DNA of 64,000 nucleotides from Raja brachyura (lineage: Eukaryota): the NCBI GenBank assembly GCA_963514005.1, contig OY740814.1, forward strand, positions 11,904,001 through 11,968,000. The letters are read 5' to 3'. Positions 40,431 through 52,074 of this stretch are shown here, in pieces (within the stretch, counting starts at the first letter, position 1; each line of letters begins with the position of its first letter). The notes under the pieces were generated by a model. That model saw nothing but the letters and a program-made list of their open reading frames with translations, ran no database searches and had not been told where the DNA came from. Position numbers and translations under genes: made by a program.

Positions 40431-41769
40431 TTACATAGTTGATGCATAATTCCAATTAATAATTTAGATATACAGTTGGGTACTGTAATTCCAAGTTTTA
40501 TAAGTAAACTGTTTTTATAAGTAAACTATATAGTTTCTATCTAAAATCCATTGCAAGTTCATACCTTCAAAAAATGCATATTTCCACAACATACAATGTA
40601 ACATATGAAAATGCTGGACGTATCCTCACTTCAACAAAATGTGTTTCACATGTAATTCTATCAGTGAGTGAAGGCATTTTTATTTATGCAACAGCAATGC
40701 AAGCTACACCATCTTTATTTAAGTAACAGCATAGGAAATACATCAGTATTTTAACAGAGCTATTGAAGGCATGTTGACTTTGGAGTTTAAAATGATTGGC
40801 TGTCTAGGCTATTCATGGAGAAATCTGAGTACTTTATCTATTCAAAGAGCAGCAGGTAATCATGTTTGGAGTCCCTAGTCTAACCCCTCACCAATTTTCA
40901 CATCCATCATTCAGTAGTTAATATATAAAGTGTAGTCATTCTCACATAGACAGAAAGTAGTAGTGTTGAATTTGCAGCTGACCGAAGATATGCTTTACTG
41001 ATCACCGAATATCCATTATTTTAAACAGCACATTTATATGTTATACTTCACAGGAGCTTTTCATCTTTAATTCACATGAACCATGTGAATTTAGAAACAA
41101 TTGAAACATTAAAAAATAATTTATAAACAAGATAAATAGTTCAACTATTTTTGGAATATATAGAAATCCTAAATGGTGGAGACAACAGACATCAGTATTT
41201 ACTGGTAGAAATAACTTAAATAATATGATTAATATGACCAATCAATATCTTATCATATATTGCTTACTCATTACCATGCCATCAAGTGCACAATTGGAAT
41301 ATTATTTATTTCATGTCACAATTTATTATATCAAACTTGCAAAGTGAGAAGTCATTTTATACAGCAAAACATTGCATTGTTTGATAGACTGTCAACATAT
41401 TAACAAGTATAGTGATTTGTATTCACCAAAACAAAATTGCAATGCAATAATTTTATTATAACTATTTTATATTGATTTCTTCCTTTTAATATATTCTAAA
41501 TATTAAATCACAAATACCACGACATTCCTTGGAATTTAGTCATGTGACAAATCAAATAAACTTGGAGAACACAAGTTTTAAAATACCGTTTTTTCCCCCT
41601 AAAGATGTAACAGAGGAGATTTTGCAATTAATAATCCTCTTGCATCTGAGCTGCAAAGTTATGGAGATAGCTTTCACTTCAGGGTCTTAAGCCTCAAACG
41701 TCGTTCTCATTAAGTCTGATGCTGTCACATCTTTGGTATGAAGCATGAAATTATTAAAGTGAAGCCCGA

Positions 41770-42400
41770 TATAGAGCGTAGAACAGTGCAACACAGGAAC
41801 AAATCATTCAACCCACGAAGTCTGTACCAAACATGATGCCAAATTAAACTAATTCCTTCTGCATGCACTTAATCCATATCCTTCCATTCCCTGCATATTC
41901 ATGTGCCTATCGAAAAGTCTCTTAAATGCCACTGTTGTATCTGCTTCCACCACCACACCTGGTAATATATTCTAGGAACCTATCATCATCATCTGCATAT
42001 AAAAATCCGCCCCATACATCACCTTTAAATTTCCCTCCTCTCACCTTACAGCATTGTCCTCTAGTATTTGACATTTGCACCCTGGGTTCTGACTGTCCGC
42101 CTTATCAATGCCTCTCTTAACTTTATAATCTTCTATCAAGTCTCTCCTCAGCCTCCAGGAAAAAAAAATCCAAGTTTGTCCAACCCCTTCTTTTAGTTAA
42201 TATCCTCTAATCCAAGCACCATCCTGGTAAAGCTCTTCTGCACCCCCTCCAAAACCTGTATACCTTCCTGTAATGGGGAGACAGACCGGAACTGCACACA
42301 ATGCTCCAAACCAAATGCGGCCTAACCAAAGTTTTATGAAGCTGCAATAAGACTTCCTGACTCCTACATTCAATGCCCTAACGAATGAAGGCAAGCATAC
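41770..42400 (-). mobile_element. CR1-type LINE 3' fragment
   Basis: Similarity to other CR1 3' ends in this window. Confidence 0.65.
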
Positions 42401-42759
42401 CATTTGTTCCCTCTCGTGAAAAAAGATCCCTGGACAGCTCTATTAATAAGCCATTACTTATTCCTAAAAAATTGTTCCTTAAAACATTGGATTATTTTCT
42501 CATTTGTGGTAACAGAATCTTTCCTTATAAATGTGATGCTGTTTGTGCTATTGTACATTCCAACTGTGCATATAATTCAGAATTACTCACTGCTCATTAT
42601 ATACAGTTCTGAGAGCTGTATATATGTTTCCATCTCCTATATACGACTAAAAATTGTAAAATTAACAACTGAAGATTTTATTTATCTGAAAATTTTGGTT
42701 TACTGATAAAGTAAGAGCATGCATTTGGTAAAATTATTCCATAATTTTATTCCATAATT

Positions 42760-43035
42760 TTAAGGTGAAGGGGGAAATATTTAATAGGAATCTGAGGGGT
42801 AACTTTTTCACACAAAGGGTGGTGGATGTTTGGAACAAGCTGCCAGAGGAGGTAGTTGATGCAGGGACAATCCCAACATTTAAGAAGCAGTTAGACAGGT
42901 ACATGGATTGGACAGGTTTGTTGGGATGTGGACTAAATGCTGGCAGGTGGTACTAGTGTAGCTGGAACATGTTGGCCGGTGTGGGCAAGTTGGACCGAAG
43001 GGCCTGTTTCCACACTCTATCACTCTATGACTCCA
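42760..43035 (+). mobile_element. CR1-type LINE 3' end
   Basis: FNRNLRGNFFTQRVVDVWNKLPEEVV; tail CTCTATCACTCTATGA. Confidence 0.8.
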
Positions 43036-43644
43036 AATAATTATTAACACATAAATCTAGCCAATTAAATCAATAGCAGAGGGCTGCTTCTCTAATTAAG
43101 TCACACAGGAAGAAGTGAACAAACTAACTTGCATTTGCATTATATCAATCAGTTAAAGCGATTCATACAAAATTAATTGCTTTTGCAGTGAGGAGGGAGG
43201 CAAGTTTTGTTTCATAGTTTGTCATAAAAGCAAATTGTTAGAATATCAATATTGGCATCTGATCATTTAAAATTTGGAGACAGCAAATTACTAAATCCAA
43301 AATTACATTTTTCTGCATTGTTACATTGGTTACTCAACAAGGAAAATGAAAATGAATAAGTGAGTGAAGTGGTTTGTATGTGCTCTATGCGTTCACATTT
43401 CAGCTAAAAATAAAGCAACACACGGGGGCTCATTAGGATGCTTGCACAGCTTGTTTTTTTTGGCTTCCTATTTTTGTATATTATTTTCCTCCTACTGTAT
43501 TAGGCCAACAGTTTGCTTTCCTTGGTATCATTGCCAAATGTGGCTGAAATTAGAAAATTAGTTCATTTGGAAAACTCACATTTATTCAGAGCCTTTTAAA
43601 GCACTGACTGAAGGCTCATAAAAAATAGAAAGGACTGGCAGCAA

Positions 43645-43845
43645 ACTGGCACAGCAAGAAGAACTGCTGTCTCATAGTTCCAGTGACCCGAGCTCAACCT
43701 GACTGGCGCTGTATAGGAACTGGTGTGGTCTGTATGGAGCTTGCATCTTCTCCCTGTGAATGCATCATTTTCTCCTGGGTACTCTGATTTCCTCACACCT
43801 TCCAAAGATCTTGGATTGTAAATTAATTTGCCATTGTAACTTTGA
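43645..43845 (+). mobile_element. HE1/V-SINE-like SINE, decayed
   Basis: TCTGTATGGAGCTTGCATCTTCTCCCTGTG core. Confidence 0.55.
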
Positions 43846-45104
43846 AGCATGTTCACTTTGATGAGACTGCATTATAGGCCCCCCAATAGTCAGCATGAAT
43901 TAAACAAGCAGATATATTAGGAGATTGTAGATAGCTGTAAAAATAATATGGCGGTGTTAGTGTGAGATTTCACAAATATTGACTGGGTCTTCCATTCTGT
44001 AAAGGGCTTGGACAGGGTGAGATTTCTTGAGTGTGTCCATGACTGCTTCTTTACTCAAGAAATAGAGAGCCCTGTTAGAGAGGTCTTCTTCTGAGGGAAC
44101 AAGATTGGGCAAGTGACTGAAGTGTAATCAAATGCAAATGCAACTTGGCTGGCATGGACAAGGTTGGTCGAAGTGCTTGTTTCAGTGCTGTATAAGCTCT
44201 ACGATTCTGTGACCTCAGGTATGTATCAGGGGAGGGAATGGTGCAATTGACGGGAACACGCAAAGAATAGTTTACAGCAAAGTTAATGGGAAATGCGATT
44301 ACTGTGAGCAAACCTATTATTTTATGGCTGAAATACACACCTATGTCACAAAGACATATGGAAAGAGATTAGGAAGAGTAAATAACGCCTTGATCAATAA
44401 GATAATACATTTCAAGGAAGAATGTAAAAGATGTAGATTAGGGAAGGAAGAATATCAGCAAGCAGGTCAAGATAATTGAAAGCCAATGGCAAATTGAAGA
44501 GGCACAAGGACAACAGAGAATTCAGAAAAAGAAGTAGTAAAAATAGAATTGCTTCTGGAAATAGTTAGTGGCAAAATACTAAGGGTGTGCAAGACAAGAG
44601 AAAGAATTTTAAACTTCAGGGACTGTACTTAGTAATAATGTACTACATTCCTGTGCTATCATTGTCAGTTAAATAGTTAATTTGTTGGAATGATAATTAA
44701 TACTAGCCTTCTGAAATATCTAATGCAATCAAGCAAAGCTTATGCTGGTTATAATAGCAGCTCCCAAATTTTCCTAAATTGATTAAAAGCGACATAATCG
44801 TGGAGTAAATTAATCATATGGTTGGATCAAATATAAATAAACCATGGTCTTTTCCTGTAATATAGCAATGTTCATTATGTAAAGAGAAGCACAAATGAAG
44901 AAAAAACATCATCGGATTTTCAGTTAGTTTCAGCAAACATTTTAATTTTCTCTAAATCATTAGTAATATTCGATGTTATTAATTGTCATTTGGCTTTAAA
45001 GTACTATCCAAGATAGCTCTTGGGTTAAATTACAGTTTGCTTCCAAAGTAATTAAATATGAAGTATAATAAATGCATGCCTAGATTTTTCCGTTATTGTG
45101 GTAC

Positions 45105-45153
45105 CTTTGTTACTTTATTTTCAAAAGATGATCCGGCAAAAGAAAACAATTCT
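45105..45153 (-). CDS. TEX9: TEX9 coding exon 5
   Basis: ttttctttcccag|A GAA TTG...ACA AAG|gtacca; 49 nt, phase 2-0, bridges exons 4 and 6. This region is poorly conserved. Confidence 0.7.
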
Positions 45154-45806
45154 CTGGGAAAGAAAAAGCAGTATATTAATACATATTTTCCCATTTGTTG
45201 ACCTTTTAAATTACCTTAAATATATAGGCCAAATAATTTAATCCAGACGCTAAATGAACAAAATGACTAAATATATTAGTTTTGAATCTGTATTGGAAGA
45301 ATACAGTTAAATTCAAGTTTTGCTACACATATTTATCTGCAGATTACTGTATCAAATGATGCAATAACTTAGATACTCAAATACTTAAATCTCAGTTTTA
45401 AACTAATTGTTTATGACTGAGTGTATGTTCCTATTTAATCTCAAATCACTATCCTTGCTTTGAATGAATTTAGTGTGATGTTAATTGGATTGCTAAATCA
45501 CACATCATGTAAAAATTAAGGCATATATCTCAGGTGGTGGACTATATAACCACCATCTGGGTTTCTACACTCAGATATCACCTCCTATTAACTATACATA
45601 AACCAGCACTTTTGCAGCTGTCAGAATGAACTGTTTTGTGATCAAATCTAAAGGGAGATCTGTGGTGATAAGCAATCTCCAAAAGAAGACAATGAATAAA
45701 AAAAAACAACTAGGCAGACACTTAAAGCACAACTCTCTTGAAGGTGATGATGCATTTTTTTTAACAGATATTATATTCCTTTTCCATCTCTGGAAATACA
45801 TCAAAG

Positions 45807-48031
45807 AAGCGAGTTCGGTATTCCGACTGTGCATGCCCAGGTCATAGGTCACTCGCCATAAACATTGTTGGTAACTGAGCAGCTGAACCACCGTTTCATC
45901 TGTATTTTCCAGCTTTGATTCTTCTATGGAAGAAAATACTGCTTTCAAACTGAATTAGTTGTATTATTTGTTCCTTTACATAGCTACGATGCAGGCACGT
46001 GCCGTCAGGGTAGGCAAGGTAGGCACTGCCTACCCTGACTAAAATTATGAAATGGGAATTATTAAATATAAATAGTAAAGGCATGGGAGAATTATGCCTA
46101 TGTAAGAGACTGATCTCTTAGGTAGGCATAATTCCCCGTGCCTTTCACCCGCAGCGCTTGTGACACGGGAAGCTCTGTGCAGCCCCCGTGCCGTCAGCGC
46201 TGCCTGAAGCCGTCAATTTTAATCGGGGCTGAAGGCAGCAGAAATCCTGCCTTTGTAGCACTGCGCATGCGCATCAGTCTACTGCGCATGCGCAGCGCAA
46301 GTTTATTGGCGGGGTTTTCAGCCATGGTTTGTCGTGTCCCAATTATATGGTAAGTACATTTTGTGATTTTTTTTTTAATACCGTATTTGCCGGGGTGTGG
46401 GAGTGTGTGGGAGTCGGAGTGGGGGGAGCGCTCCTTTCACAGCGTTTGGGGAGTCTGGCCCGGGGTAACGTTGCGGGGAGGGCACAAATGTTATGAATGA
46501 GGGGTCGGGGGCATCCACTTGCGTCGTTCCTTGCAAGGGGGCATGAAATGACACTGCTCTGAGGCTGGGGGGGGGGGGGGGGGGGAGAGAGAGAGAGAGA
46601 AGTAGCTCGAGCGGCCGCCGGGCCGTACAGCGGGACCAGCCGCCACCTTAGCTCCAGAACCACCCGCCCACCTCTGGCAGCTCTCCATCTAAAAACCTCT
46701 CTCCTGCCGCTCGCTGGCCTCACTCATGTCCTTAAATTCCGACAGCGCGATTGAGGTTACTCGGCTGTGGGAGTTTAAGGATTTGCTTGCTGACATGAGT
46801 GAAGTCGGCGAACGGCAGGTGACAGGTGTTCAGACGGAGAGCACTGCCAAAGGTGAGCGGGCCGGCAGAAGGCGCTGAAGCGGCGGCCAGTTCAGCTGTC
46901 GGGTCCCGGTGGCCGCTCCCCGAGCTGCTTCTATCCCCAGCTACAGTCCGTGGCTTCGCACCCGGAGAGCTGCGGCAGCAGTGAGGGAGTGAAGATTCCA
47001 GCACTTTGTGATAAGCCACTGTTTTTATTTATTTATTTATTTAACGGGGAGAACAATCTGCGCATGCGCGGTTTACATTTTTTTTAAAGCGGACTGAGTG
47101 CCTACCCAGAGTAATTACTCACGGCACGTGCCTGCTACGATGGTTTTGTCGTTTTTATTGCTTTATGCTTCGGTGAGCAAGCGAGTGTGCGTTTCATCCA
47201 TGCTCGGGGTCGGGCCCGGGTCTCTGGCGCTGGGGGCGCTGATGGAGTTGCTCGGAGGCGGCTGGAGGTGTCCAGAGTGGCCCTGTGCTGGCGGCCCTGG
47301 ACTTGCAGCTGGTGCAGAGGGGGGTGGGTGGGTGGGTGGGTGGGCGCTGGCTCGGGCTCGGCTCTGCTCCAGCTCCCGGGGGTGGGGGCGTCAGCTGCGC
47401 CTCTCCCTGTCGGTTGGCCCCCTTTGGGCCGAGCACCGGCCATCGGCGGGATGCATACGGGGTGCTGCGGTGGCTCAGCGGGTCAGGCAATATCTCTGGA
47501 TAAAGGTCTCGACGTGAAACATCACCGCTTCTTCTCCGCGCTGGCTGTGGGCCCGGGGCCGCCGGTGTCCCATCCGTCTGGGACTGTCGGTTGGCCAGGC
47601 GGAGTTGAGCTGGGGTTGGCGCTTCTTCTCCGCGCTGGCTGTGGGCCTGGGGCCACCAGTATCCCGTCATTCCGGGGTCGCCCCGGCCGCCCCCCAGTGG
47701 CGGTTCGGCAGCATTTGTGGCGCTGGGGACCCAGGTTGGATCCTGGCTGCTGATGAGGTGCGGGTCTGTGTGCGCGCAGCAGACGAGAATGTTTCTCCCC
47801 TGTCTCCCACTCACATCTACCCTCTCTCTCTCTCTCGCTGTTACACCCCGCTCTCCCGCTACCTGGCACCCCTGTTCCTCAGATGAAATATATTTTTACA
47901 CATAAATTATGAATAAAGATAAGAATTTATACAGTTTATAAAGGCAGCGCTTCGTTTGCTTTTTCTTTAGGGCAAATGACCTTTGACAAATCCCATGATT
48001 CCTTGCATTTTTCGGAATACCAAACTCGCTT
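45807..48031. mobile_element. Unclassified non-autonomous TIR DNA transposon (outer element, hosts the hAT)
   Basis: AAGCGAGTTCGGTATTCCGA (45807-45826) is the inverted copy of TCGGAATACCAAACTCGCTT (48012-48031), 19/20. Subterminal GTCATAGGTCACTCGCCATAAA resembles the reverse complement GTCAAAGGTCATTTGCCCTAAA. TSD not resolved. Confidence 0.7.
45992..47134. mobile_element. Non-autonomous hAT-type DNA transposon, 14-bp TIRs, 8-bp TSD
   Basis: TIR CAGGCACGTGCCGT / ACGGCACGTGCCTG; perfect TSD CTACGATG at 45984-45991 and 47135-47142; repeated subterminal TAGGCA/TGCCTA; no transposase ORF. Confidence 0.9.
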
Positions 48032-49549
48032 ATTATTATCCACTGCATGCGAAAGCATTGAATCTTTAACCAACAGTTGGACTGAGCACATTTGTGGTAT
48101 CTGTACTTAATGGATGGTGCATTAGAATATAAATGTCTTTGGCTCATACACCTTAACCTTCTACTTGCTTTCACCAAAAGCATTAAATTTTGCAGATTAA
48201 CTAATGATTTGGCTGAACAGAAGATGGCAGTGCATTCTCATATGGTTAATTGCTAGAATGTTAGAATTATAAAAAAGTTATAATTTGTCATATTCTATTT
48301 GTTCCTCCTATCCACTTAACATTGTTTTCAAATATTAAAGCTTATTAATTAATATAAACAAGCTTTTGCTGGAAATATAAATATGTTTGTTTTAAAACTG
48401 GGAAAATGCCAACCTCATTATCTGTCCCCTCTTGACAACGTCTCTGCAATATTATTCACAATTATGCTAGTTTTTAGAATATTTAATTAATGTCACACAG
48501 CTGGAGAGAGAAATTAGTTCATTAAAAGTTCACATGAGTGCATTGAGAGAAGATAAGAAATGTGTGACCCAGTCAGTGCGGCAAAACCACAAATGCGACA
48601 GACAGTTTTTATAGCACTCGGTGAGTCAGAGAGAGATGGAGGAGGGAAAACTTGTAAAAGAGAACAAAGAAATGGCAGAAAAACAATGTAAGTATTTTGT
48701 CTCAGCTAGCAAAGGAAGTGAAGTGGGCGTAGAACAGTTAGTGGAGGCTATTATTCACAAAAGTAAAACAAAAGAAGTGATACAAATTTCTGACAGAGAA
48801 ATCACCAAAGATGTACAAACCAAGAAACTAGAAATAAAACAATAACATCTCTGATTTGAGTGTGGCAAAAAGCTAACCAAAGTTTCAAAGGAATTAAAAG
48901 CAAATATTGGCTAATTGCTAATCATTGGAGAATTATGAAAGCAGTTAGTACAAATGTTTAAATTAAAGGTCAGGAATTCAAGTATTTTAATTTAAAGAAA
49001 GAATAGATAATATGAATTTTCAAAAATGAATTAATAAATATCATCAAAGAATCATTGCAATGGTAATGACCCATGAAATCAAGAGGATTACAGTCAATTA
49101 AATAAAGAGATGCCTAGAGGCCATAAAGCTAAAGGGTAGGAGTAGACATAATGGTACAGTGTTTCACAATGGGCTGTGTTGGGGCTGTACTTGTTTGGTA
49201 TAAACATAAATGAAATGGAACTAAAGATTTAAGGCATTTTAATTAAATTTGCTGAGAGCACAATTACTGTCCAATTGTGGCCTACAGAATGAAATACTGT
49301 AGAAGGACATACAGGTTGATTAGATTAAGCAGTCATAAAACTGCTGCAATCACTCTCAAAATATCAAGAATAAGAGTTAGAAACAAAATACATTTAAATG
49401 GTAAGATTTTAACAGGGCCTAGAGTTACAGTGTGCAGGGACCAATGTTCAGGATCAATGTCAGGACAGGATTTGATCACTGATGAGGACTGAAATCTGTG
49501 GTTATTGGGGCACAAGGAGATGGAAGCATGCTCCAAGTGAACTGCAAGG

Positions 49550-50180
49550 TCAGGAGACAGATGCTGGAATTTTGAGCAAAAAACAAAGTCCTGGAGGAGG
49601 AGAGTAGATAGATAAGGATTTGGGTTGGGAATCTTCTTCAGACTGATGAACCTGAGGGGAGATAGCTGGTAAAAAGAGATGAGGGAAAGGAGTGTGGGTA
49701 GAAATGGCAAGTCATAGGTGGATGCAGGTTAGAAGGGGTGATCGGCAGATGGTGGAGATGATAACAAAAACTAGAGGTGAAATGGAGTCAAAAGAGTGCA
49801 GATCTGGAGACAAATGTAAAAGTGAAAGGAGGACAGCAGGTGGAAAGGGAACAGGGGAAGAGGAAAATAAGGGACTTGGGATAGGGAGAAGAGCAAACTG
49901 AGGAGGAAAATGAAACTGGGTGATGGGGGCGAGGGAGAAAGGAGTGTATGAGGGAGGTGGGGAGGGGGCAACGTAGGTAAGTAGGGGGATGGGTACCTGA
50001 AATTGGAGAATTCAATTTCATGCCATTGGGATGTTGACCACCCAAGCGAAATTTGGGGTGCTGTTCTTCCAGTTTGCATGTGGCCTCACTCTGGTAATGG
50101 AGGAGACCGATAATAAAAAGATCAATATGGGAATAGGAAGAGAAATTCAAACAGCACACAACTGGGAGTTCCAGCAAGTC
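49550..50180 (-). mobile_element. Decayed Penelope 3' fragment
   Basis: IGLLHYQSEATCKLEEQHPKFRLGGQHPNGM, followed by pLTR-like sequence. Confidence 0.75.
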
Positions 50181-50408
50181 TTGGTATAATTATGGGAATG
50201 ATGTATTATAGCTAGAATTGCTTACAAGGCAAAGACAGGTGGGAAAGCAAGTTTGTGGAGGACAAAGAATCTGTAAAGAATATAGGTAGATTACGTGCAT
50301 GGAAAAACATTAGGGAAAAAATGTATATTATAGGGTAGTAAAGTTATTGATTTCGGTAGAACAGAATACCAGAGTACATGCTGTTTAAATGAAAAGAGAT
50401 GACAGAAA

Positions 50409-50660
50409 GGTAGACACAAAATGCTGGAGTAACTCAGCGGGTGAGGCAGCATTTCTGGAGAGAAGGAATTGGCGACGTTTCGGGTCAAGACCCTTCTTCA
50501 GACTGATGTCAGGGGAGGAGGCGGGACAATGAAAGAATATAGGCGGAGACAGTAAGACTAGTGAATTCCTTCTTTCCATAGACGCTGCCTCACCCGCTGA
50601 GTTACTCCAGCATTTTGTGCCTACCTTCAATTTGCCAGCATCTGCAGTTATTTCTTAAAC
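50409..50660. mobile_element. Palindromic Penelope-derived insertion with hammerhead core
   Basis: ~60-bp inverted arms; core GTCTGAAGAAGGGTCTTGACCCGAAACGTC on minus; imperfect TSD AGAGATG(A/G)CA. Confidence 0.8.
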
Positions 50661-50776
50661 AGAGATGGCATAAAGCTGCTTGAGAAAGGACTGGGTGTTT
50701 TCACGTATTAAAACATATTTATAAAGCATAATATTCATTCATAACAATCCATTTCTTCAGAGGTTAATTATGTTAC

Positions 50777-50853
50777 CTCAGTTTTTCTTTGTCCATTAAT
50801 GCAGATGTTTCATACTGTGGCGTTGATTGAGAAAACATTTCCTCTTGTCCCTT
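50777..50853 (-). CDS. TEX9: TEX9 coding exon 4
   Basis: gtttag|AAG GGA CAA GAG...CTG AG|gtaaca; 77 nt, phase 0-2; KGQEEMFSQSTPQYETSALMDKEKLR. Confidence 0.78.
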
Positions 50854-50959
50854 CTAAACACAGATATTCAACTATTTGAGACATTCAGCAATATAATAGA
50901 TCAACATTAAGAATTACAAAATATAAACTATCTGTAAAAGGAGAAGGACTACTGGTATA

Positions 50960-51710
50960 GCTGATTTTTTTTTTCCTATTCATTCGAGGGATGTAGGCAT
51001 CGCAGGCTGAATGAGCATTTAATTGCCCAACCCCAATTGCCCCTGAGAAGGCAGTGGTAAGCTGCCAACTTGAACCAGTGCAGTCCCTGAGGTTTGGTAT
51101 ATCCACAATGCAGTTTTGGAAAGAGTTCAAGGTGAAGAAACAGTGATATATTTCTGTCATGATGGTGTGTGACTTGGAGGACAACTTAACCGTGGTGTTT
51201 CCATTCTTTTTCTGCCTTTGTTCTTCTAGCTGGTAGAGGTCATGGTTTTCAAAGGTGCTGTCTAAGGAGTCTTCGTGAGTTAGTTGCAGTGCATCCTGCA
51301 GATGGTACAAACTGCTGCTCTTGTGTGCCGGTGGAAGAGTGAGTGAATGGTGGTGAATGGCGTGCCTTTCAAGTCAGTTGTGGTATGGTGTCCTGTATGG
51401 TGTTGACCTTCTCGAGTGTTGTTGAAACTGCACTCATCCAGGCAAGTGGAGAGTATTTCTATCCTGACCTCAGTGTTGTAGACGGTGACCAGGATTTGGG
51501 GAATTAGGTGAATTACTCACTGTACGATTCCAAGGCTCTGACCTGCTCTTCTAGCTACATTATGTAAATGACTACTCCAGATTAGTTTCTGGTCAGTGGT
51601 AATCCCAGGGTTTTGATAGTTGGGGATTTAGTAATGATAATGCCATTGAATGTTAGAGGATGATAATTTGAATTTCATTTGTTGGATATCTTCATTGCCT
51701 GTTTGTGCCA
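50960..51710 (-). mobile_element. Old LINE fragment (CR1-like)
   Basis: Decayed C-terminal ORF remnants and a poly-T (minus-strand A-rich) end at ~50965. Confidence 0.5.
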
Positions 51711-51831
51711 TGTAAGATAGCACCTCCAATATCCCGTATGCGCTATGAGTCAGCATTTGGAGGCATCACCTTACCAAACCATTTTAGAGCATGACCAAAA
51801 TGCAATAACTTCATAACTCACTCAAACTCAC

Positions 51832-51895
51832 CTTAACTTCTTCAGCTTGCCGCAACAGTTCAGCTGTTTTTGCTTCCAATTCTGCATTTAATTTC
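51832..51895 (-). CDS. TEX9: TEX9 coding exon 3
   Basis: aattag|G AAA TTA AAT GCA...GTT AAG|gtgagt; 64 nt; KLNAELEAKTAELLRQAEEV. Confidence 0.95.
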
Positions 51896-51979
51896 CTAAT
51901 TAAATATGACATGTTTTATTAAAAATAGGCAATGAATAACTACATTAAAATATAACCTAATGGAGAGAAACATACGTAC

Positions 51980-52074
51980 TTGTACTCTTCTTCTTTAGAG
52001 AGTAAATCTGGAGGAACTTTCTTTGCTGAAGCTGATGGCAGGGAGCCAGATCTATTAGACATTACTTTCTTCGT
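51980..52074 (-). CDS. TEX9: TEX9 coding exon 2
   Basis: atctag|ACG AAG...TAC AA|gtacgt; 95 nt; ...PPDLLSKEEEYK. Confidence 0.92.

Noticed and set aside
45892-45923. Candidate 32-nt TEX9 exon (KNQSWKIQMKR, phase 0-2)
   Set aside because: Weak donor (gtggtt) and located inside the outer TIR transposon. The 50777-50853 exon fits better.
46343-47905. Many long overlapping ORFs (100-206 aa)
   Set aside because: Low-complexity Pro/Gly/Arg/Ala frames on both strands caused by high GC; no transposase or other domain.
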